From positions 1-64,000 of the forward strand of contig JBIPSI010000020.1 in assembly GCA_044070495.1 (NCBI GenBank): a stretch of 64,000 nucleotides of DNA, in the 5' to 3' direction. The notes beneath the pieces were generated by a model, which worked only from the letters and a program-made list of their open reading frames with translations, was not told the origin of the DNA and did no database searches. The stretch is from Spirulina sp. (lineage in GTDB: Bacteria > Cyanobacteriota > Cyanobacteriia > Phormidesmidales > Phormidesmidaceae). Position numbers and translations under genes: made by a program. Positions 20,334-29,640 of the stretch are shown piece by piece; positions within the stretch are counted from its first letter, which is position 1; each line of letters opens with the position of its first letter.

Positions 20334-21952
20334 TGTTGATTCTCCTTCGTGGCTTGCTTAGCAACTGCCATAATCAGTCTTAATGTGTACTCAATCAGTA
20401 ACGGATCATCAGCATTACCGCTATTTAGACTACGATTAATATTGCCACTCAAACTAATTTCCATATCTGAATCAGGTAGGTTTAACCAGCTATGTGGAGA
20501 ACTCATCCAGGTTTTGATTTGCTCATATAAAGGTATATTACCCCTATCAAAATGGGAAGCCTGAAATTGTTTTAGAGCAGTTTTTGTTAGGTTCTTTTCA
20601 TCCAGAAGATCCTGTATGGGTTGTAAGCTGCCAATCGCTAAGCCTTGGCGGGCAGCAAGCCTTAGTCTAGAAAGTTGGCTGTTTGAAATAGGAATTGTGC
20701 CGTTAGCATCTTGCTTTAACTTGCTAACATCAAGCTGCTTCTTGAGCTTTTGCTCTAAGCGTTGACGTAGCAATTGTTCTGCCATGAAATTTGCTAATTG
20801 AGTTGAGCCAATCGTATATTTCTGTTCTCTAGCGCGAATTTGAGGTGGTCTTTGAATATTGAAATTTGCTTTTCGATGCCAATTTACAGCTACACGGCCA
20901 AATCCTTCATTGCGGCGGTCGCCAATTCCTTGCCATTGCAATTGCTGAATTTGCTCGTCTGTCAGTTCAGCATCTTCAAACACCACCACTGTTCCAGCAG
21001 ATAAAGTGGGCAATTGAGGCAGTGGTAAACCCCACTTACGGTTGAATCCGCCTACAAATGTACTGCTGCTAAAGATATTTTTGGGTTCTGGAGAAAGTAA
21101 AGCACTTTCACAGGCGTTATTGATCGCCACATTTAGCAAATGTGGATTAGCTGTGGGCTGCCCACTAGCGTCAGATAGAATTGCGTCACTGAGAAGAATG
21201 ATAGTTAAATGCTCTGTCTCATCATCCTCTTCTAAAAATGCGTCAGTCTCTTGCCAGTTGTCATCCGCTATCTCATAGGACAACTTTGTATGACCGTAAC
21301 CAGCGCTACGGGAACCACCAAGCCACAAGTCTGGCTCAGCTAGAAGTTCTTCAAACCAAGAGACATCCTGTTCTTCACAAAGAACTACGGACTGAAAGGT
21401 TTGCCCACTATCTAGTGCATCGTAGCGGAAGATTTCGCCTTCACTGCTAGGTTGATCTTCCCGTTTGCTGGAACGACCTTTACGGCGATCACGGGTATTG
21501 TGGATGTTAATGCGCCGTTCAGGAGCATATAGTCGGATACAACCCTCTTCAAAGACACAAAACCCACCTCGAATGACTTTCAGAGAGTCTTCTTCATCAA
21601 CATATTCCAAACTCCGGTCGTAAATATTAGTTGCTGTATCTTTTGAAATTTCCGTATCCTTTCGTTTATACCAGGATCGAGGTATGGGTAGTGTGCGATG
21701 CTGTTCTTGCTTGCTGACCAGATAGGCATTGAGGTAGCGTGTGCTGTGAGATGCAAAGAAAAGACGCTGCGTCTCTAAATCATCTAAATTAAGCTCATTT
21801 AATCCCTTCTGCTTCAGATAGCGACCAATCAAGGCACCCCGAATCATGCTACCTGGAATATAGTCATAGGAGACATCACTATTAGGATCACCCTGAAATG
21901 AAGTGGCCAGGATGGGTTGCAAAGTTTTGATGGTGACTAGAATAGCTGGCAT
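20330..21952 (-). CDS. csx10: Csx10-type Cas5 RAMP with a C-terminal Cas11-like helical domain
   Basis: YIPGSMIRGAL, LGGSRSAGYG, GIGDRRNEGFG; C-terminal ISNSQLSRLR helical region. Confidence 0.85.
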
Positions 21953-21955
21953 GGT

Positions 21956-22609
21956 TTATGCCTCCTGAACAGCAAAAAAGCGATCAAGGTAATTTGTGGG
22001 TAGGGGTGCTCCATCAAGGTTACAGCATACGTGGCCGCGTCCCCGGTTGCGACCGCTGCCCAGATAACGAAGGGCTTTGGCTCCAGCCATCAGTAAGCAA
22101 AGCTGATTATCTGTCGATTGCTGCTCAAAATAGATGTGAGCCGTAAAGATCAGGTCTCTCAATACAACACGAGCAGAGCGTAAACTGCCTCGATCTGGCA
22201 CTCCTGTTTCAGGATTGATAGCGGTTTGGCGGCGAATTGTGGTGAGAGAATTCAGAATTTCAGTTTTGGTTAATTTTTCTTGGCTAATTTGGTAGGCAAC
22301 GGCCTGACGTAAATCCTCTGGTAAACGAGCATTTCCGACATGAATCGCCCCCGTAGTGTCCACGGTGCTGCCGGGTTTGCCAAACAATTCTCCGGCAACA
22401 AGTTGCCAATCAGGTTTCTGATTACTGGGCAACGCATAAATTAAATTGTCGCACTCTTCGCTTAATAGGCCTTTGAGCGTCCGTCCACGCAAATAGGGAA
22501 ATCCATAGGGATCATGTTCAACTTCCTGATCAATTAAGCCAGCCACACCATCTCCTCTGCCAAAGGTAGTGTCACTGAGTAAATGAATGTTGAGCGTATA
22601 AGTTGACAT
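21956..22609 (-). CDS. cas7: Stand-alone Cas7 (Csm3-group) RAMP
   Basis: LLSDTTFGRG, GFPYLRGRTLKGLL, TAIN..TG, LGSGRNRGRG. Confidence 0.88.
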   Translation of the reverse strand: MSTYTLNIHLLSDTTFGRGDGVAGLIDQEVEHDPYGFPYLRGRTLKGLLSEECDNLIYALPSNQKPDWQLVAGELFGKPGSTVDTTGAIHVGNARLPEDLRQAVAYQISQEKLTKTEILNSLTTIRRQTAINPETGVPDRGSLRSARVVLRDLIFTAHIYFEQQSTDNQLCLLMAGAKALRYLGSGRNRGRGHVCCNLDGAPLPTNYLDRFFAVQEA

Positions 22610-22780
22610 CTAGTGACTCTCCTGTTGTCGTAGTGCGTGCAGAAATGCTTTGAAGGTCATGCACAGACGAGGGCGACCGACAACTATTGCAATCAGAGTT
22701 TCATATTGCTGCCAGCTCACATGGGGCAGAAAAACTCGCACCTCGCTAAATGGGTCGAGTAGTTTTGCTAGCCTACTCAT
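22610..22780 (-). pseudogene. 56-aa internally deleted Uma2/DUF820 remnant, not in the ORF track
   Basis: Hand translation MSRLAKLLDPFSEVRVFLPHVSWQQYETLIAIVVGRPRLCMTFKAFLHALRQQESH; ATG overlaps the cas10 TGA and the TAG abuts the cas7 ATG. Confidence 0.65.
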
Positions 22781-24402
22781 TGGCTCACCTCCAGAGGAAT
22801 ATAAAAATCCATCGCCTCAATCGCATCGAAATAACCGCAGGTAGTATCCAGCCACCCCTGTTCTGCCAGTGGGGATTTTAGCCTGTGATCACTGCCAGGC
22901 ATAATAGGAAGGGTTTCTAACTGATAGGCCGTTAAAAACTCTTTGGTTGCTGCTGGCCCTCGTCGCAGCACTTCTCGTAAAGCCTTTACCTTATTACGCT
23001 TATCTTTCCAACCTTCTCCTTCAAATTCTTTGATAATAGATTTAAAATTCTCCCAGTTTCGCCAATCACCAAGATTACCAGCTAACAAGAGCGGTCGCAT
23101 TTCTAGAGGTTTATTGTCTTGACTACGATACTCTCGTTCCCGAATCTCTGTCAGATCGCCTAGCAAGCCACTAGCCGCGATATGCCAGTCTATGGCAGAT
23201 ACAGGTTCAGGGCGCTCATTGTCAAGGATGCGATCATGCTTTGCGATCTTTTTAGCAGATCGACACAGTGCTTCGCTGAGTTCATAGGCTCTAGCGAATG
23301 GGTAATGTGCCTTAACGATACAAACTCCGGCACAAGCAGTCAATTTTTTCCCGTCAGCAGCTTCTTGATTTTCAAATTCTTTCAGATATCGAGTAGCTAA
23401 AGTTAAACCAATACGTCCATCACAAACAAAGGTGACATCATCACCGCCATATACTAGAGGTCGAAATGGCAAATATTTATCTTCATGAATTCGGAAACTC
23501 TTCTTAAATGTCTTAATAGGGTTTCCACCTTGATCTACATCATCCTCAATTCCATCAACGACTGCTCTGGCGACTATTTCGAGTGCTTTCATCCCTGCCT
23601 GTTTTACACTCTCAGATAGCTGCCGCATACAAGCAATATATTCTGGATCAGACTTACCTCTGCCAAATTCCTGGAATCTTTTTCCCATGCTGTTGCCATC
23701 AATATGAACAACAGCGATGTAGCTCATTTCACCTTTTGAACGTCCAAAATCATCAAAGTCTCGCGGAATATCCCAAGGATTTGGTCTTTTAGAATCAAAA
23801 ATCGTTTGCTTCAAATCTTGATTGGCTAAGATAACAGCTTGTAGCTTCTTTCCAATTTCGCGTGAGATTGGATAAGGCGCGTGTTCCTTTGGCATCTCGT
23901 ATTCAGGAGATTTGCTGGTATCTACAGCAACTAATCGAGTAGATTGACAATCTGCTGTAACTCCAAGACCTAATAATGGGGAAGAGGGAATGCGCGATCG
24001 CTTTTTCACATCTAGGTCATGTTTCATCATCTCCTGAACTGTATCGTAAAGCTGTCTTTTATCCCACTCAAAATCATGGCGATGAGCAGCAACTAGGTTA
24101 ACCCCTGGGGCTTCTTTCAGAACTTTAAGACTGAGCTTTTTAGTAAACTCAATGGCAAGTTCAGCCGACTTAAACAGCAAGACTGTGTTACCGCCTCCGG
24201 CATATACTAGCCTTGCATCTTGAGTTTCAATCGAGGCTTCAGGGTCTTCAATCCCAAATTCCTCGTGTAAAATCTGCTTAACCCAGGCATCCGTTACCTG
24301 CCCAACCAGGTAGGACGCGCCAATGTTTTCCCGCAGGCGGTTGCTGCCAAAAATATAGGACTGAATTCCAGTGGTATCAAGAACCGTCACAGTTAATTTC
24401 AT
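22777..24402 (-). CDS. cas10: Cas10 lacking the HD domain, cyclase Palm motifs intact
   Basis: DTTGIQSYIF, YAGGGN, HIDGNSMG, LVYGGDDVTF, HYPFARAY; 541 aa. Confidence 0.95.
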   Translation of the reverse strand: MKLTVTVLDTTGIQSYIFGSNRLRENIGASYLVGQVTDAWVKQILHEEFGIEDPEASIETQDARLVYAGGGNTVLLFKSAELAIEFTKKLSLKVLKEAPGVNLVAAHRHDFEWDKRQLYDTVQEMMKHDLDVKKRSRIPSSPLLGLGVTADCQSTRLVAVDTSKSPEYEMPKEHAPYPISREIGKKLQAVILANQDLKQTIFDSKRPNPWDIPRDFDDFGRSKGEMSYIAVVHIDGNSMGKRFQEFGRGKSDPEYIACMRQLSESVKQAGMKALEIVARAVVDGIEDDVDQGGNPIKTFKKSFRIHEDKYLPFRPLVYGGDDVTFVCDGRIGLTLATRYLKEFENQEAADGKKLTACAGVCIVKAHYPFARAYELSEALCRSAKKIAKHDRILDNERPEPVSAIDWHIAASGLLGDLTEIREREYRSQDNKPLEMRPLLLAGNLGDWRNWENFKSIIKEFEGEGWKDKRNKVKALREVLRRGPAATKEFLTAYQLETLPIMPGSDHRLKSPLAEQGWLDTTCGYFDAIEAMDFYIPLEVSQ

Positions 24403-25706
24403 CGGCCCACCTCCGCATCACTCTCTCGAATCCAACCAATGACTTCATCGGCAAAGTTAGCCAGATGCTTACGCCCAAAGAGTCTAATTTGCTTTTGTGA
24501 CAGAAGGTTACCCATTTCAGAGGCTAATCCGCCTAAGTCGTCATTGAAACAAAATAGGGCTACTCTTGCTTCACTGCCGCCAAGTTGCTGCGATCGCAGG
24601 TAGGCTTCAAATAGTTTCGATTTGCATAAACTGCGATCTGATGTTGTCGTACAGGAAATTGCGAACAGTTGATAGCCGTAGGTAAACGCTACATCAAATT
24701 CAAATCCCTCCTGAGTGCCTTCTAATGGAACTTCAAAGTTCAGTCCATAGTCAGAAATACCAGCTTGATTGACAATTGACTGAATATCGCCAAGAAGATA
24801 GTGTTCTAGCCATATACCGTCTAGCCATTTGCAAAAGTGCTGAAGATCTTGAAAGCTTGGATGCTTGTGAACAAGTTCGAGGGAGAGGTCGTCATCTTGA
24901 TTCAGAAAACCCTCTTGCTGAAATCCTCCTAAAATTTCCTTCGGCAAACAAGTCGTTGGAAACGATAGTCCCCTGAGATCAGTTTTTGATTTCCAATTAC
25001 CTAGTTTTCCACCTGTCTTTTTAGGTTTTCTTGCCGCCTGGCTAGAATCACCATCTCCCTCACAGAAGATTGAGTAGAACCAATGAAACCAAGCTCTTCC
25101 TTTCGTTGTATCTTTATGAACTTCAGCTAGTCGAGTTGCCAGATTGAGTAGAAGTGGATCTTTAGCGGGTTGCTTATTGTCTTTCCACTTGAGTCCATGA
25201 AGCTCAAAAAGTGTGCTAAGGCTAATCGTGACATCTTTTGAGTAAATAGGAATTCTGAGACTTTCGCCCCCTTCGTTATCAATGCATATCTCTAGCCGTC
25301 GCGGGTCAAGATAGCTAAAAACTGCTTGCTGCCCCTTCTCCTTTATCTCTCTGAAGACAGCGCGATAGGCATGGACTGCCATGGCTTTCGTTCCGCCCGT
25401 ATAATTCAGTCCGACTTGATCATTCAAATTCTTCAGAACTTGCTGAATTCTTGCTTGAATTTGATAAGCGTCAGACTCGTATTTTTCAAGAGAAACTAAT
25501 TGGGCTAACTGAAAATCAGCTAACTCGTTCTTCAAAATCTTTGCCAGACGATTAGCCGATCTTTCAGTTCCAGTGGTATAGACCAGATAGGGAGTGCCAC
25601 CTTGTTTGAGCAGTAGTCTGGCTGCCACGTAGTTGGGCAAAGGATTTTCGCCGATTAGTAGAAAAAGATGATCAACTTGGTACGGACTAAATTTCGAGCC
25701 ACTCAC
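24399..25706 (-). CDS. Card1/DUF1887-like CARF plus restriction-endonuclease-fold effector
   Basis: LLIGENPLPN, LNYTGGTKAM (CARF); DGIWLEHY, EFDVAF, AISCTT (nuclease); GTG start at 25706 with an AGGAG ribosome-binding site. Confidence 0.85.
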   Translation of the reverse strand: MSGSKFSPYQVDHLFLLIGENPLPNYVAARLLLKQGGTPYLVYTTGTERSANRLAKILKNELADFQLAQLVSLEKYESDAYQIQARIQQVLKNLNDQVGLNYTGGTKAMAVHAYRAVFREIKEKGQQAVFSYLDPRRLEICIDNEGGESLRIPIYSKDVTISLSTLFELHGLKWKDNKQPAKDPLLLNLATRLAEVHKDTTKGRAWFHWFYSIFCEGDGDSSQAARKPKKTGGKLGNWKSKTDLRGLSFPTTCLPKEILGGFQQEGFLNQDDDLSLELVHKHPSFQDLQHFCKWLDGIWLEHYLLGDIQSIVNQAGISDYGLNFEVPLEGTQEGFEFDVAFTYGYQLFAISCTTTSDRSLCKSKLFEAYLRSQQLGGSEARVALFCFNDDLGGLASEMGNLLSQKQIRLFGRKHLANFADEVIGWIRESDAEVGR

Positions 25707-25732
25707 GTTTTTTCTCCTTAATGTTTTCTGAT

Positions 25733-26662
25733 CTATGCTTTTCCTGCTAACAATGTCTCGACCTGTTCTAGGAGGACACCGGGGATGCCGTCGGTGGCTC
25801 CGCGCAGCCAGGGGCCGCAGGTCATTTCCAAAAAGGGTTGGCGGCGATGGACTTGCAGGGATCGATCTAGGGTGCTGTGGATAACGGCAACGGGTTTGAG
25901 GTTGCCTCGGTCGCGGCAAAATTCGTGCCAGGGTTCGATGGCGTCGGGGTTGGCGCTGATGACGAGGTAATGGGAGCAGGCATCGAGCAGGGGCAGTTTG
26001 GTGTCTTGCACCTTGCCGCCTACATCGACCAGCACCAGGGGCTTTTGGCGACGCAGTGCCAGGATGCCCTGGGCCTGCCAGGAAAAGAAGCGTTCGCTGG
26101 GGCCACCCTTGAAGGCGCGTTTGAAAGTTTCTTGCTGGTCGGCGGTGGCGTTGTCGGGCAGTTCTAGTAGCCAGTTGCCTTCGCCATCCCAGTTGGCCCG
26201 CTGCAAAAAGGTATTGGGGTGGCGGGGCAACAAAGCTTGGAAGAGGGCATGGCTGAGGACGGATTTGCCGCTATCGGGGGGGCCAACGATGAGCAGGGCG
26301 GCCCCTAGGCGCGGGGGCAGGGGCGTTTGGGGCAGGGGCACCACTTGGCCCACGGTGGCTTGGCGAGAGTGGGTGGCCACGACCACACCTCCCCCCAGGC
26401 GCGGGTCGTAGCAGGCGACCCAGGCGGTGGGGTGCAGTTCATGGACGAGGTGGGCGTAGAGCCAGATCGGGGCACGTCCATTGATGACCACGCCGCCGGT
26501 GGTGTCGATGCCCGCTGGCAGGGTCAAATCGACCAGGTCGCAGGGTTCGATCAGGCGGTCGGGGCTTGTGAGATCGATGGTGAGAACTTGATAGGCAAAT
26601 CCTTGGTGGGTTTGGGGTGCGCTCAGGCTGAGATGAATAGAAGACGGAACCTCGAAGGTCAT
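25733..26662 (-). CDS. csx3: Csx3/Crn3 ring nuclease fused to a P-loop NTPase-like domain
   Basis: GVVINGRAPIWLY, ACYDPRLG..VVVATH (Csx3); GPPDSGKS Walker A, WDGEGNW, VLVDVGG. Confidence 0.88.
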   Translation of the reverse strand: MTFEVPSSIHLSLSAPQTHQGFAYQVLTIDLTSPDRLIEPCDLVDLTLPAGIDTTGGVVINGRAPIWLYAHLVHELHPTAWVACYDPRLGGGVVVATHSRQATVGQVVPLPQTPLPPRLGAALLIVGPPDSGKSVLSHALFQALLPRHPNTFLQRANWDGEGNWLLELPDNATADQQETFKRAFKGGPSERFFSWQAQGILALRRQKPLVLVDVGGKVQDTKLPLLDACSHYLVISANPDAIEPWHEFCRDRGNLKPVAVIHSTLDRSLQVHRRQPFLEMTCGPWLRGATDGIPGVLLEQVETLLAGKA

Positions 26663-26725
26663 AGCTACCTCGTCAACGGACAGAATCTAACGATCCATAG
26701 ATGGCTCTGTCGTGGTGTCGCCGCT

Positions 26726-26760
26726 ATTATGGCACACCCTTGGAAGAGACCCCTTCCAAG
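26726..26760 (-). promoter_or_regulatory. Predicted interference-operon promoter: inverted repeat CTTGGAAG-N6-CTTCCAAG plus extended -10 (TGnCATAAT)
   Basis: Inverted repeat at 26739-26760; CATAAT on the minus strand at 26731-26726, 7 bp away. Confidence 0.7.
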
Positions 26761-26989
26761 ATGTTGAGGTGACGTTGAGAGGATGAAACGTTCTGGACTG
26801 GGACATTGTGGCGTGGGTTGGCGTGGGGCCGTGCCGGGGGCGGGCGAGGATGGGGATAGTTTTCGATCATAATTTCAAGGGAATTATTACTGAGGATGCC
26901 CGCTTCTCCTTGGGGAAATAACGGATTTTTCTGCACAGTTTTTCGTAGTTTTGTTGGCTTTTTTAGCGTGATGTTGCGGCGGCTTAACA

Positions 26990-28465
26990 ATGACTCCATT
27001 TCTTCATGCTCCAACTCCTCGGTTGCTTCAGTGGCTTAGCGGTGGCACCCTGGCATTGCGGCTGCGGCGCACCCTGCGGGGCTGGGTGTGGCTGCGGTTG
27101 ATCTATGGCGATGGGGCTTCACCCCTGGTGGATTTGCCGCCCACCTTTCGCTATGGGCCAGTGCGAGATCGCGTGTTTGCCCCCAGCCATCCCCGCGCCG
27201 ATGGGGCCACGGTGGCGGATATGCAGCACCGTTGCGGCGGCAGCCATTGCCTGTGCCAAACCCCCACCCATGCCCTGCTGTTTCAGCACCATCCCCCCTT
27301 AAATAAGGCGGACTGGGTGGCGGAAATGGCGGATCTGAGCGGCTTCAGTGCCGAGGCGGTGGAGGAGGAACTACGGGACTGCGCCTTTGCCACGGTGCAT
27401 CGCACCCTGCGGGACGACCTGGCTTGGCTAACCAAACTGGGCTGGCTGGAGTCGGCGGGGCGGGGGCAGTGGCGTAAAAAAGCCCCCAAAGATTGGCCAA
27501 CCTTGCCTGAGCACCTTTCAATGGGCTATGGGCCGCCAGAACTCTCGCCCCAGGAGCAGCAGAGTTTGTTGGGGGTGCTGGAGGAAATAGCCTTTTTGCG
27601 GCCCCAGTTGGCAGTGGTGGTGGATACCCTATGGCAGCGCATTACCCCTCAACCCCAGACCCCCTTGCCCCTGGATCGACCTCGACGGTTGTTTGTGCAT
27701 TTAGACTATGTGCTGTCCCAGGATGCCCAGGAACAGGTGGATCAGCACCAGCATGATCTAGAGCAGCTTTGGCACAGCCCAGAGGGAGGCGTGGTGCAGT
27801 TTGACTATTTCAGTGCGCGGCGACAGCGGCAAACCCAGGTCACCGCCTACCCCGTGTGTTTGCACTATGCCCGTCGGGCCAAATATCTCACGGTGTTTGG
27901 CACCACGCCTAAAGGAAATCTGGACTGGTGGAACTATCGCCTCGACCGGATTACCTCCCCCCGGCTGCACCTGTTGCCCTGGGGCGATCCGGCCATTCCC
28001 GATGACCTCAAACAGCTTCGCCAACGGGGCAACCTGCCCACCCCCGCAACGGTGGAACGCCACCTAGAAGAAGCCTGGGGGTTTAATTTCTACCTGCCCA
28101 AGGCGCTGTTGATTCTGCGGTTTAGCCCCGATTTTGCCCGTTGGTATGTGGATGGCACCGACCGCCACCCCACCTTTGCCCCGGTGGACTATGGCAACCT
28201 GCCCAAGCTAATTGCCGATCATGCCCCCACCGCCGACCAAGACCACCTCTTGGCCCTAGTGGCAGATCGTTCTCCCCACGACCGTTACTACCAGGGCTGG
28301 ATTCGGGTAGGGGATACCAACGTCACCATGCGCCTACGCGACTGGCGACCCCAGGGCGAGGTGATTGCCCCCTGGGTGGTGCGCCAACAGATGATCGCTG
28401 AGGCGGAACAGGAGTTAAGGCAATACCGAGGTTCAGTAGATCACAAACATGCCCTTTTGCCGTGA
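26990..28465 (+). CDS. TIGR03985-family CRISPR-associated WYL-domain protein, putative regulator
   Basis: HRTLRDDL..L...GWL (winged HTH), YPVCLHYARRAKYL, NYRLDRI (WYL), AWGFNFY, YVDGTDRH. Confidence 0.88.
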   Translation: MTPFLHAPTPRLLQWLSGGTLALRLRRTLRGWVWLRLIYGDGASPLVDLPPTFRYGPVRDRVFAPSHPRADGATVADMQHRCGGSHCLCQTPTHALLFQHHPPLNKADWVAEMADLSGFSAEAVEEELRDCAFATVHRTLRDDLAWLTKLGWLESAGRGQWRKKAPKDWPTLPEHLSMGYGPPELSPQEQQSLLGVLEEIAFLRPQLAVVVDTLWQRITPQPQTPLPLDRPRRLFVHLDYVLSQDAQEQVDQHQHDLEQLWHSPEGGVVQFDYFSARRQRQTQVTAYPVCLHYARRAKYLTVFGTTPKGNLDWWNYRLDRITSPRLHLLPWGDPAIPDDLKQLRQRGNLPTPATVERHLEEAWGFNFYLPKALLILRFSPDFARWYVDGTDRHPTFAPVDYGNLPKLIADHAPTADQDHLLALVADRSPHDRYYQGWIRVGDTNVTMRLRDWRPQGEVIAPWVVRQQMIAEAEQELRQYRGSVDHKHALLP

Positions 28466-28605
28466 TCCAGCCCTCACCCTAAATCCCTTTCCCAATGTGG
28501 GAGAGGGACTTTGAAGTACTTTCGGCTCCCCTCTCTCCGTGGGAGAGGGGAGCCGCTTCAGTATTCCGGTTCCCTCTCCCTGTGGGAGAGGGCTAGGGTG
28601 AGGGC
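28432..28605. repeat. Repeat family A copy in inverted orientation, overlapping the 3' end of the WYL gene
   Basis: TCAGTAGATCACAAACATGCCC...CCCTCACCCTAAATCC matches the reverse complement of the right end of 33525-33683. Confidence 0.75.
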
Positions 28606-28943
28606 TTTTGGGGATCTGGCTAACAAGTTTTGTCAGTCAATCAACCACCTGACTGAAAAGATGGGGCAACAGATCCAAATGCCCTGTGATAGACAGAGTA
28701 ATCAATGGAGTTGCGTTAACGACTGCTTTCATAACCGCTAATGAAGCTGCTACCAAGCACTGGTATCCCTGATTGCCTGACACATCTCCAAAGTCGATTG
28801 GGTGCAGCGAAGCGGAACCCAACACTCGCCGCGAATGGTGGGCTTGTTGGGTTCTGCCAACACAATCAGCAACTCATTCGGAAAGGCAACATCCATCAGC
28901 CGTCCAGAGAGACACCGCTCCTATCCTACAGTTTCTATCTTCC

Positions 28944-29297
28944 TCATTCCTCATCCCGGCGGGGTAGGGATTGCCGGGGAGAATCTCCCTCAGAAATTCG
29001 GTTCCAGAAATCGCCCTCGTTGGCCATTTCTCCGCGTTGGGGTGGCCCCTGGCGGTTAGGATCGCCAAACCGAATGGATCGGGGGTCGTTATTCATATCG
29101 TTCAGCAAGGCGTTGAGGGCCAAATCGCCCAAGAAGCCCGTCGCCAAGCTGGCCAAAAACACCATCACCGTACAGTTGATCACCGCAAACAACCCCAGGG
29201 GCGCAATGATCAAAATCACCCAAGTAATCCCTGCATTTGCCAAGGCCACCATCACATTGCGGTAGCGCACCAATTTTCGAGCCAGTGATCGAGACAT
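28944..29297 (-). CDS. csx18: CRISPR-associated membrane protein Csx18
   Basis: RN..VA..NAGIT.VILIIAPLGL.AVI with two TM helices; divergent from cas1. Confidence 0.8.
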   Translation of the reverse strand: MSRSLARKLVRYRNVMVALANAGITWVILIIAPLGLFAVINCTVMVFLASLATGFLGDLALNALLNDMNNDPRSIRFGDPNRQGPPQRGEMANEGDFWNRISEGDSPRQSLPRRDEE

Positions 29298-29364
29298 CGT
29301 CAAATCTCCCTAGAACATTGCGTTAAGACCAATCGCCCTCAGGCCCATCGCCTCAAGACACCCC

Positions 29365-29412
29365 ACTATAACCATCTCTTGGAAGGGGCATCTTCCAAGG
29401 GCCTGCCATAAT
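29365..29412. promoter_or_regulatory. Predicted bidirectional csx18/cas1 promoter centred on CTTGGAAG-N6-CTTCCAAG
   Basis: Inverted repeat at 29378-29399; CATAAT (+) at 29407-29412 and TATAGT (-) at 29370-29365, each 7 bp from it. Confidence 0.7.
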
Positions 29413-29424
29413 TGAGCCGCCTGA

Positions 29425-29457
29425 AGATCCCAGGGTTCTTGAAGAACCCTGGGATCT
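29425..29457. repeat. 33-bp palindrome AGATCCCAGGGTTCT-TGA-AGAACCCTGGGATCT
   Basis: Perfect 15-bp stem; 32/33 identical to 12786-12818. Confidence 0.9.
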
Positions 29458-29596
29458 AAATCTCAGGACAATCCTCCCTAGAGGATTTCGGCTTTGAGCC
29501 AAGGATTTCTAATCCTCGGCTCTCCGGCCACCGCCAGCAGGGAGTGAACTCCCTGGCTGATAGCTGAAGTCTGCTGACGCAGACTGGGGGGTATCG

Positions 29597-29640
29597 CCAA
29601 CAACCAACAACCAACAACCAACAACCAACAACCAACAACC
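29597..29640 (+). repeat. Heptamer tandem repeat (CCAACAA)x6, STRR-type, directly before the cas1 ATG
   Basis: Read directly. Confidence 0.9.

Noticed and set aside
25707..25919. N-terminal extension of the Card1-like ORF
   Set aside because: It overlaps csx3; a GTG with a ribosome-binding site at 25706 precedes the CARF domain
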